Counted from the first letter of the stretch, positions 41,770 through 49,935 are shown. The stretch is DNA of 64,000 bases from an uncultured Porphyromonadaceae bacterium (GCA_900538705.1 UPZG01000005.1:39415-103414); one strand, 5' to 3'. Translations and numbers: made by a program. Notes: generated from the sequence alone by a model not told the origin.

Positions 41770-41777
41770 CAAAGTTA
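41770..41777 (-). promoter_or_regulatory. -7 promoter box TAACTTTG for gpmI
   Basis: Minus-strand TAnnTTTG match 45 nt upstream of the ATG at 41724. Confidence 0.45.
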
Positions 41778-41913
41778 CTCATTTCGGCCGAAAACAGCTT
41801 CATATAGCAGTGGTTTTTTGCGCCTGTTTTATATCAACCTCATATCGACAAGTTATAAGGAAAATATTCAGATAATTTTATTATATGATATTCTTTTGAT
41901 AAAAGATATTTAT

Positions 41914-41921
41914 TACATTTG
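41914..41921 (+). promoter_or_regulatory. candidate -7 box TACATTTG, the only plus-strand match upstream of the five-gene island
   Basis: TAnnTTTG match 296 nt upstream of the ATG at 42218. A TTTG at 41895-41898 gives a 15-nt spacer, which is shorter than usual. Confidence 0.3.
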
Positions 41922-42217
41922 CAATGAAATGCATCCTATTTTAGGAATGCAAAAAATAAGAGCGTTTATGCGCTTGTCTTCTATGTTCCAAACTTCGCAA
42001 CTTTGCAACATACTCAGAAGACTCGCGACAGAAATGCCTATTGTTTATATGTATGTGCATCGCACACTCATATCGGCGTGGGTATTTATGTCGCTTATCT
42101 TGAGTATGTAGGCGATACGAAGGCCTGGAACATGGGATAAGCGGCAGAAAGATCCCACGTTCTTTTTTAATACAAACAGTCTTATAAGGGGGCATAAGGC
42201 ACAAAGACTGCTCCACC

Positions 42218-44548
42218 ATGAAAGTTAAACTATTTTTCTTACTATTAATTACATGCCCCATTTTCTCTTATTCACAACAACCTACCAGAAATCAGCTCTT
42301 CACACTATATTATGAGGCTAATTTAGCTGCAAATTCTGGGAATATAGACTCTGCAATTACTAAATATCAAGAAATAATAAATCTCACGCCACGCTATTCC
42401 GACCCATATCTGAAAGCGGCACAATTATGCGAAGAACACATTGATAAAGACCCCAAGTGGTTGGAAACAGCCATTGTTATGTATCGCTTATATCTCAATC
42501 TCGAATTAGACGATACAAAAACAAACGAAGCAGCCATTAAGTTACGATCTTTAGAAGATAAAATGTCTATATCACATTTCGATGAAAAACTATTAGCAGA
42601 CAAAGGCGATATTGAAGAATATGCTCCAGGCATAACCGATAATACAGAAGAATCCAGTCTAGAGACAGAAGAGGATTTTTTAGACAATAATAATACAGAA
42701 GAACCTATCTCAAATATAGAAAGTAATTCTATAAATGATAATATTACAGAAGAATCCAGTTCTGATATAGAATGGAATAATACCAAAGAAGTATCTGATT
42801 TAACAATAAACAATACCAACGACAGCCTTGCTTCTCAAAGTCAAGAATATATACAATACCCATCTGAACCATCTGTTATAGACAACGAGGGAACGGAAAA
42901 TAATATAAATAGAAACTCTCTTACAACAATAACAGACTCGCCTTTTGTGAATCCATACGCCGTAGAAATTATTCCCGAAAACACGTTGGATAGTCATGCC
43001 ATGAAAGAATTAGACCTAAATGCATTGTGTGGTCGTTGGGTATCTCTTTCCCGCATGAGCAATGGCAGAGAAGCATGGATAATAGACATATCAATACTTC
43101 ATAATGAATTAAGAATCACTCTCAATAATAATTCGGGCATATTGAACCTACCTCAATGGCAACAGTCCTTATTAGGGGAAAGATCTTCTTTGCTATCTTG
43201 CGCGAATAACCATAGCATTATCACTACGCGACCCGATATAACAATGGGGACCATGAAAATGTTCAATTATTTGCAATCACGAGTTGCCAATGGAGCTATC
43301 GATGAAAACGGGAGTATTTCTTTTACTTATGGTATAGATTTAGTCTACACCCCTACAGCGGGCAAATATGATATTGCAAGAACCGGACTTGGTATACTAT
43401 CTGGATTATTTGAAGGACTCACTGGTATATCAGGATTATCTAATATCACAGATAATGCAATCAACAATATGGAAGCTTCAGACACCGAAATAAATTATAC
43501 AGGTGAAATAAACTTTATCATGAATCTTAATGAAGGATTTATGACTGGATCTTGCAAAGAATTATTAAATGAAGCATCAACAAAGGGATCTCACGAAAAG
43601 AAAAACAGAGTTTTTCCAGTAGAACTCTGTAAGGTCAATCGATATTATACTGGTTATCAAGGGAGTCCTTTTATCAAGACAAAAGAAGACATAAAACGAG
43701 AAAAAGACATACTAAGGATGTTGAAAAAAGCAGATAACGACTCAGAAAACAAATATCTTTTAGGAATCTTATATGCATATAATTACGGAGAAAAAGAAAT
43801 TTTTGAAATCCCCAAGTATTCCAAAAAATCAATCAAACTATTAAAAAGCGCTGCTAAAGAGAGGAATGCCAATGCCTTAGCTTTTCTTTCTGATTACTTT
43901 TTCAAACTTTCATTAGGAGAAAAAACAGATCAACTACCTCAAGTTTCTATTTCTTCGTCATTGAATGCAGTTTTGATAAATGCATCTATGCCTCCTAGAA
44001 ATGTACGTAAGTCCTCTTTAAAATATGCTGAAGAATATCTATCACAATTAAAAGAAATAGATCCAGCAAGAGCATTAGTCATAGAAGCTGAATATAAAAT
44101 AAATAAAAGTTACGACATTGATGCAGCAATAAACTTATTTCAAAAAGCAGCCTCATTGGGAAACTCCACTGCGATGAACCGGATAGGAGAAATTCTACTA
44201 TACGAATATAATGATTTGGATGGGGCCATAAACTATTTCTCCCAAGCTGCAAATTTGAATAATCCTAATGCTATGTTAAATATTGCATTATTATATCGTG
44301 ATGGGAAGGGCATACAACAAGATGCAGTCCTATATATTACTTGGACTCTCCGAGCATATAAAAATGGCAATCTTGCTGCATTAGACGAATTGGCCAATGC
44401 CTATGCAAAAGGTATAGGAGTAAAGCAAGACTATGAACAAAGCATAAAATATATAGATCTTAAGCGCAAGATTAATTATGACATATATTCATACATGGTA
44501 AAAAAAGCCGAATTAGATAATACAACAAGCCATGAAACACATAATTAA
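42218..44548 (+). CDS. island gene 1: exported multi-domain protein with a TPR-like N-terminus, an acidic Asn/Glu/Ser-rich repeat region, a central orphan domain and C-terminal Sel1-like repeats
   Basis: 776 aa.
- The signal peptide is MKVKLFFLLLITCPIFSYS|QQ.
- The acidic quasi-repeats are DNTEESSLE, NNTEEPISNIE and DNITEESSSDIE.
- Sel1 repeats appear in AINLFQKAASLGNSTAMNRIGEILLYEY...AINYFSQAANLNNPNAMLNIALLYRDGKGIQQD...AYKNGNLAALDELANAYAKGIGVKQDYEQSIKYI. Confidence 0.8.
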   Translation: MKVKLFFLLLITCPIFSYSQQPTRNQLFTLYYEANLAANSGNIDSAITKYQEIINLTPRYSDPYLKAAQLCEEHIDKDPKWLETAIVMYRLYLNLELDDTKTNEAAIKLRSLEDKMSISHFDEKLLADKGDIEEYAPGITDNTEESSLETEEDFLDNNNTEEPISNIESNSINDNITEESSSDIEWNNTKEVSDLTINNTNDSLASQSQEYIQYPSEPSVIDNEGTENNINRNSLTTITDSPFVNPYAVEIIPENTLDSHAMKELDLNALCGRWVSLSRMSNGREAWIIDISILHNELRITLNNNSGILNLPQWQQSLLGERSSLLSCANNHSIITTRPDITMGTMKMFNYLQSRVANGAIDENGSISFTYGIDLVYTPTAGKYDIARTGLGILSGLFEGLTGISGLSNITDNAINNMEASDTEINYTGEINFIMNLNEGFMTGSCKELLNEASTKGSHEKKNRVFPVELCKVNRYYTGYQGSPFIKTKEDIKREKDILRMLKKADNDSENKYLLGILYAYNYGEKEIFEIPKYSKKSIKLLKSAAKERNANALAFLSDYFFKLSLGEKTDQLPQVSISSSLNAVLINASMPPRNVRKSSLKYAEEYLSQLKEIDPARALVIEAEYKINKSYDIDAAINLFQKAASLGNSTAMNRIGEILLYEYNDLDGAINYFSQAANLNNPNAMLNIALLYRDGKGIQQDAVLYITWTLRAYKNGNLAALDELANAYAKGIGVKQDYEQSIKYIDLKRKINYDIYSYMVKKAELDNTTSHETHN

Positions 44549-46454
44549 ATATATTTGTTATATAACAATATTTATAATACCTCCTTATATCTCGACAGCT
44601 CAAATCTCCACAAAAGATTTTGAAGATGCATACCTACGAGCAAACGCGAAGGCAGCAGCAAAAGAAATAGAAAAATTAGCCAAAGAAATGCTTAATGAGG
44701 CAAAGAGTGTATATGATAGAGAAATTATAAACTCACTGAACAGTGTATCTAGAAAAGATAAGACTAAGAATCCTTATGCATATCGAATCAAAATAGACAA
44801 TCTCTCGAAGATATGCTACTTTGCTTCCGATGCAGAAGCCAGGAGATTTGTTAATGAGATAGAATCAAGTCGAAAAGCTGCACTTAACATCTTTAAAGAG
44901 GTTAAATGGAACACAAAAGCCTATGCTGATGCATATAATGAGATTGTACGTCCTATCGAACAACAACTAATTAGCATGATGGGAAGTCCTGTAACAATGC
45001 AAAAAGTAAAGAACTCTTATTACAAAGAAAATGCAGCATCTAAAGAAACGGAGCAAAATAGCAACAGTTATATTACAAATCGCGAACAGAAATTAGGAAT
45101 ATATGCAAACAAACTCAATAAAACAGGAACATTAACTATCAAACAAAAAGAAGTATCTACGAAAGCTATTAATCAGCTCGATAATCTCAATGCCAACTTT
45201 GAAGAAAGAGAAAAAAGCGCTGCTTATTATGATCAAAGCGGAATACTACATCTCGATCCTAACGCAAAGATTGCCACCCAACAAGACGACTGGGATCAGG
45301 CATGGAGAGAATCTTATGCAAATGAACTCAAAAAAGACCAAGAGGATGCCATTACACTAATAAAACTACATCCTTTACAAAATATTTTCAATATAGATCT
45401 TAGGTCCTACTCCAAAGAAGAGTTAACCGAATTAGCAAAAGAGTTCGAACAACAGCAGCTATTAAGTTGCATATCCCATAATGTATATCACGAATTAGAC
45501 GATGTTAAAACCACACAAGAGTTGGTTAATGCCGGATACAAAATTATGAGTTCAGAAACTAATCCTGGACCTATTCACGACATTATTCATAAATATTGCA
45601 ATAATGAAAATGGATTTAAAGCAGACGTTTATTATAACGACAAGGACAAGAAATGGGTAATTGCATATGCTGGAACTGATTTTAAGACACAGGATCTAGC
45701 ATCTTGGATACCTGGAGCATTTGATTTTAATGAGAGTCAGAATTTCATGTCTCAAGATTTTACTAATGACGTTATTCTCGAAATAATTCATACTGAACAT
45801 CCTGATTACGACTCTGTATCCGCTGAAGAAAAGGCATCTATATATAAAGATATTACATCTCGCATAACTTTTACAGGTCATTCTTTAGGAGGACGGCTAG
45901 CCACAATGAACGGTATATTACTTGGTATAAAAACCGTTGTTTATAATCCTGCATGCATCCCCACAGAGATGAATAGAATAATTGATAATTCCACAGAATT
46001 AAAGAATAATGCCAATGAATTAATAACAAATATACATACAACTGACGACCCACTAACTAACATTCAGATTTTAACGGCTCAAGCGTCAGAATATATTAAA
46101 GACTCACCTATAATAAATACTACTGCAGAATTGCTTATTAAGAAATATACACCCGAACTTACATATGGTGCAGCAACCGTTTTAACACTATATGAATTAA
46201 CCAAAGATGAACCTATGGTTATTTCTAAATTACAAAGTGATCCATCATTATCCTCAAATATAAAAGGGGTGATTTCTAGTATTAATACACTTGAACAACA
46301 CGGCTTATTTGACAAAGCATCACAAATAAAACATTACGGCAAAAGGAAATTCATCCAAACAAATACAGGACACGGAATTAATGGTATAGAAAATGCATAC
46401 AGCAACGGTTATAATATAATTACAGAATATATCAAAAACCATGTATCAAATTAA
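44532..46454 (+). CDS. island gene 2: exported class-3-lipase-like alpha/beta serine hydrolase with a ~330-aa helical/coiled N-terminal region
   Basis: 640 aa. The signal peptide is MKHIIKYICYITIFIIPPYISTA|Q. The lipase_3-like block WVIAYAGTD is followed by the nucleophile elbow FTGHSLGG (Ser451, codon 45882-45884). HTTDDPL supplies a candidate Asp (505/506) and NTGHGI a candidate His (614). It overlaps gene 1 by 17 nt. Confidence 0.8.
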   Translation: MKHIIKYICYITIFIIPPYISTAQISTKDFEDAYLRANAKAAAKEIEKLAKEMLNEAKSVYDREIINSLNSVSRKDKTKNPYAYRIKIDNLSKICYFASDAEARRFVNEIESSRKAALNIFKEVKWNTKAYADAYNEIVRPIEQQLISMMGSPVTMQKVKNSYYKENAASKETEQNSNSYITNREQKLGIYANKLNKTGTLTIKQKEVSTKAINQLDNLNANFEEREKSAAYYDQSGILHLDPNAKIATQQDDWDQAWRESYANELKKDQEDAITLIKLHPLQNIFNIDLRSYSKEELTELAKEFEQQQLLSCISHNVYHELDDVKTTQELVNAGYKIMSSETNPGPIHDIIHKYCNNENGFKADVYYNDKDKKWVIAYAGTDFKTQDLASWIPGAFDFNESQNFMSQDFTNDVILEIIHTEHPDYDSVSAEEKASIYKDITSRITFTGHSLGGRLATMNGILLGIKTVVYNPACIPTEMNRIIDNSTELKNNANELITNIHTTDDPLTNIQILTAQASEYIKDSPIINTTAELLIKKYTPELTYGAATVLTLYELTKDEPMVISKLQSDPSLSSNIKGVISSINTLEQHGLFDKASQIKHYGKRKFIQTNTGHGINGIENAYSNGYNIITEYIKNHVSN

Positions 46455-47535
46455 TAAAACTATCATACTTTTATTTACGTCTTTTGTCTACAACATCTCG
46501 TTCGGACAAGACATATCATTATCTCAATTAGGTATCCCTCCAAATACCTGCGATACACTTTGTTCCGTAAGATTCCTTCAAAACAAAAAAATAACAATTG
46601 AATATGACTCTATAACAAAACAAAAACATATCGGCATTTCATTATTCAGTCACGAAACAAAAATCATGGTAGGAGTCCCTATCTGTAATTTCCTCGAGCG
46701 TCTATCTTTACAATTATGTCTATTACGGAGCACAGCAGAAACAAACAATTATCTACACAGAAAAGATATTTCTATCATATTCAATGGAATTAATTATGGA
46801 GGTACCGGATTTACTTCATTTACAAAAGTAATCGACAGATTAGGTTCTCCATCGAGTTTCACCGTATCAAATGCAAACAAACGATTCAAAGTTATATTTT
46901 GTTTCGGTCTATTCAACCGACTTGAAATAGACTTTCCTGCATCAAGAGAGCTTATCTTCAATACAGACAAAAAAGAAGCTGACGAATATGTATATGCACA
47001 ATTATTGTCAGATGAAACTAGTAATGCACCTTTGCCCCAGCATACCTTACCTGCTATATCTACTTTATACAAAGATTCCACTGGATTATATGTAAAACGA
47101 GGCGATTCATTTTTAATAAACTCATTGAATAAAAACGAATATTTTCAAACGACACCGCAGGGATATTTAGGAATAGTTTTTACATCTACATATCCCGAAC
47201 AATCTATTAAAAATATGTTAGCAGGAATCACCCAATATGATCCTGTTTTTCACATTACACATAGAATGTATGGCAATTATACCCCATCGTTCGACATACA
47301 ACTATCGAAACTTCTTTCAGTATTCTCAAAAGATTTTACTCACTATATCGGTTCTGAGATGCTTGATTCTAATACCGTACAATGTGTAGTTGTATTTTAC
47401 AACGACATCTACAATTACATACACATGCTCGTTTTTTCAATTTCGCGCGACAGAATAGACAATATTACAAAAGAACCTATCAAAGCTGATTTTTTCAGTA
47501 ATATGCCGCAAGACAATATAAAATGTATATTCTAA
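46441..47535 (+). CDS. island gene 3: exported hypothetical protein with no recognisable motif
   Basis: 364 aa. The signal peptide is MYQINKTIILLFTSFVYNISFG|Q. It overlaps gene 2 by 14 nt and shares the island's AT-rich codon usage. Confidence 0.7.
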   Translation: MYQINKTIILLFTSFVYNISFGQDISLSQLGIPPNTCDTLCSVRFLQNKKITIEYDSITKQKHIGISLFSHETKIMVGVPICNFLERLSLQLCLLRSTAETNNYLHRKDISIIFNGINYGGTGFTSFTKVIDRLGSPSSFTVSNANKRFKVIFCFGLFNRLEIDFPASRELIFNTDKKEADEYVYAQLLSDETSNAPLPQHTLPAISTLYKDSTGLYVKRGDSFLINSLNKNEYFQTTPQGYLGIVFTSTYPEQSIKNMLAGITQYDPVFHITHRMYGNYTPSFDIQLSKLLSVFSKDFTHYIGSEMLDSNTVQCVVVFYNDIYNYIHMLVFSISRDRIDNITKEPIKADFFSNMPQDNIKCIF

Positions 47536-47548
47536 AAACATCAACAAT

Positions 47549-48526
47549 ATGAAACGGACTATTTTATTCATTTTAGCCTCATTGACAGGCTTTATTATGC
47601 AAGCCCAATTAGAAACTACGAAACTAGTTATCACAGAAGGCATCACTAATCAGGCTATTAAAGAAAACATCGAAAATAACGCATCGTTATTACTAACAAC
47701 ATTCAACACTGCTGTAATGAACGGCAAAAAACCAAAAATAGACAAAGAATGGTGCACAGACGGAGCTGTAAAAAGCATAGAAGATCTATGGAAAAATTCA
47801 ACTATTGCTTGTCCTATATCAATAATCAAAGAAAAAGTAACCAATTTGCCAAGTGGTGGTTATCAAATTAGGAATATTGCCGTTACTGTATTATCAGCAC
47901 CCAAAGATAAACAAGAACAAGAAATCGTAATCAATTTTGATAAAGATGGTAAAATCGATTATGTAAATTTTGCTCTCGAACAAAACAGGTATGTAGATAT
48001 TATAGGAGCAAATATATCATTAAAGGATTTTGCACGGCGACAAATAATTGTAGATTTTGTAGAAAACTTTAGAACAGCGTATAATCGCAAAGATATAGAA
48101 TATATAGAATCTGTTTTTAGTGACAATGCCCTAATCATAACTGGTAAAGTTATAAAAATAAAAAAGGGTGATAATCCATACCTAAATTCACTGGGAAATG
48201 AAAGAATAGAGTATATGACTCAAACAAAAGCCCAATATATCGCCGGACTCAAACGATGCTTCAAACGCAACAAATATATTGATGTAGAATTTGACGATAT
48301 TGAAGTTCTCAGACATCCGGCCGATCCAACTATTTATGGAGTCTCTTTAAAACAAAATTGGGGTTCAAGCACCTATAATGATACTGGTTTCCTGTTCTTA
48401 TTAATTGATTTCAAGGATGATACGAAACCATGTATTCAAGTACGTACATGGCAGCCTGAACGATACAATAACAAAGTTTTAGACCGCAACGAAAGATTTA
48501 GCCTCAATTCATTTAATATAAGATAA
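47549..48526 (+). CDS. island gene 4: exported hypothetical protein whose C-terminal half looks NTF2/SnoaL-like
   Basis: 325 aa. The signal peptide is MKRTILFILASLTGFIMQA|Q. Residues ~158-303 (RRQIIVDFVENFRTAYNRKDIEYIESVFSDNALIITGKV...YGVSLKQNW...FLFLLIDF...IQVRTWQP) follow the helix-helix-curved-sheet pattern of NTF2-like folds. This is an inference. Confidence 0.7.
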   Translation: MKRTILFILASLTGFIMQAQLETTKLVITEGITNQAIKENIENNASLLLTTFNTAVMNGKKPKIDKEWCTDGAVKSIEDLWKNSTIACPISIIKEKVTNLPSGGYQIRNIAVTVLSAPKDKQEQEIVINFDKDGKIDYVNFALEQNRYVDIIGANISLKDFARRQIIVDFVENFRTAYNRKDIEYIESVFSDNALIITGKVIKIKKGDNPYLNSLGNERIEYMTQTKAQYIAGLKRCFKRNKYIDVEFDDIEVLRHPADPTIYGVSLKQNWGSSTYNDTGFLFLLIDFKDDTKPCIQVRTWQPERYNNKVLDRNERFSLNSFNIR

Positions 48527-48537
48527 AACTACTACAC

Positions 48538-49857
48538 ATGAATAAGTATATAATTATTTTCATATTTATTTTGACAGCGACATGCGTACATGGGCAAAAA
48601 ATGTTAAGTGTAATAGATATAAGCAATTCGTCTTTATTAGATGTATACGCCCATGAAGACCGAAATGAAGCACGCGCCATTTTTATTTGCGATTTATATA
48701 TGAATCTATCTTTTAGCAGCAACTATGATAGACGTGAACATAAAGATCTGACAATACAAGTAGATACAGTTGGGGACAAAAAACAATATAAAATAATATT
48801 CCCAACCAACGATGTAGGGACATCATATGATGGACGGATATTGACTATTTATTGTTCGGGATTCGACAAGTATGAAATGCCTAATTTTAACTTTGAGGCA
48901 GGAACTGATAAGACTTTTCAAGTAAGTGATCCATATTGGAAGTTAAACAATCCATATTTTAAAGCCATAGATAGTTATACCCGCTTATTTTCAGAAGGTA
49001 ACTATCTACAAGCAAAAACACAATTAACAATCGCCAAACAAACGCCAGAATATAAATCAAACCCAGACTCCATTGATTATAAAATAGCTGTTGTAGACTC
49101 TATTATCATGTGGAGAGATCTCGCAGATGCAGCTCTGAGAGAAACAGATTACAGACTGGCAAACAAGTACTATCAGAAAGTACTAAGAATGAATCCCCAA
49201 GATATATATGTAAAAGAAAAATACGATGAAACAGTCATAAGTTACTCAACAGACTGCCAAAGTAATTTCTTATTAGCAGAAGATTTATTTGCTGAGAATG
49301 ACTTTGAGAGAGCATTAACATATTATCAGAAGGTTGTAGATGCTGAATGCCCTTCTACACCACGAGCGCAAGAAAAAATTCTATTTATTAAGGATAAATT
49401 GGAATCAAGAAAAGATAAAAGCAGCTTCTTTATCTACGAATTTAACAAAACTGTTCCTATTGGATTTTCAACTGGTACATGCAAAATGCACAAAAGCGGA
49501 GGATATTTTACACTACATACCAACGCCGATATATTCAAAGCAATGGACGGCAAACCCAACACAAACATAAGACCAGAAGTAAATATTTCATTTGGTTGGA
49601 CCATTAAAATATATCCTCCTGTATGGATTTTATTCGGCCCGGGATACTCTGGTTGCGGAGTTTGGAAACCGACAACAAAACAAGATGAATACGAGTTTGA
49701 ATGGGCTAACGCTATTTCTCCAGAAATAGGAATTATAGTAAAATATTGGTACATCAGCGTCAAATATGCATTCCAATATCGATTCAGTTTAAAACAAGAA
49801 CACAAAGAATTATTAGGCAATATGCGTCATTATATTGGTATAGGTGTTTGTTGGTAA
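48538..49857 (+). CDS. island gene 5: exported TPR-containing protein ending in a predicted 8-strand beta-barrel-like domain
   Basis: 439 aa. The signal peptide is MNKYIIIFIFILTATCVHG|Q. TPR-like pairs include DYRLANKYYQKVLRMNPQD and FERALTYYQKVVDAECPS. The last ~145 aa show about 8 amphipathic strands (FFIYEF, PIGFSTGT, GYFTLHTN, VNISFGWTIKI, VWILFGPGY, PEIGIIVKY, WYISVKYAFQYRF, HYIGIGVCW) and a C-terminal aromatic residue. Confidence 0.75.
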   Translation: MNKYIIIFIFILTATCVHGQKMLSVIDISNSSLLDVYAHEDRNEARAIFICDLYMNLSFSSNYDRREHKDLTIQVDTVGDKKQYKIIFPTNDVGTSYDGRILTIYCSGFDKYEMPNFNFEAGTDKTFQVSDPYWKLNNPYFKAIDSYTRLFSEGNYLQAKTQLTIAKQTPEYKSNPDSIDYKIAVVDSIIMWRDLADAALRETDYRLANKYYQKVLRMNPQDIYVKEKYDETVISYSTDCQSNFLLAEDLFAENDFERALTYYQKVVDAECPSTPRAQEKILFIKDKLESRKDKSSFFIYEFNKTVPIGFSTGTCKMHKSGGYFTLHTNADIFKAMDGKPNTNIRPEVNISFGWTIKIYPPVWILFGPGYSGCGVWKPTTKQDEYEFEWANAISPEIGIIVKYWYISVKYAFQYRFSLKQEHKELLGNMRHYIGIGVCW

Positions 49858-49870
49858 TATAATACATATC

Positions 49871-49902
49871 GAGGGTGCAACGATAGAATCGGCTGCACCC
49901 TC
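49871..49902. terminator. strong hairpin between convergent island gene 5 and pfp, a likely bidirectional terminator
   Basis: GAGGGTGCA (49871-49879) pairs with TGCACCCTC (49894-49902), with an inner CGAT/ATCG pairing. There is no T-run on either side. Confidence 0.5.
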
Positions 49903-49935
49903 AGAGGAGAAAATTATACAGATTGTTTCTTTGCC

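Noticed and set aside
41737-42261. A 124-aa (+) ORF and a 106-aa (-) ORF in the gpmI/island intergenic region.
   Set aside because: They have odd composition, no signal peptides or motifs, and overlap each other and the island gene 1 start. They are more likely non-coding leader or insertion-scar sequence.
42218-46454. Reading the lipase-like gene plus the Sel1-repeat gene as a T6SS Tle-type effector/immunity pair.
   Set aside because: There are no VgrG, PAAR, Hcp, Rhs or other T6SS genes in the window. The lipase-like protein has an N-terminal Sec signal peptide, which is inconsistent with T6SS delivery from the cytoplasm. An antagonistic role is still possible but would have to use another route.
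41780-49935. Classifying the AT-rich island as a mobile element, prophage or ICE fragment.
   Set aside because: No integrase, transposase, relaxase or phage gene, no tRNA target and no flanking direct or inverted repeats are visible. I can support only compositional evidence for foreign origin, so it is not annotated as mobile_element.
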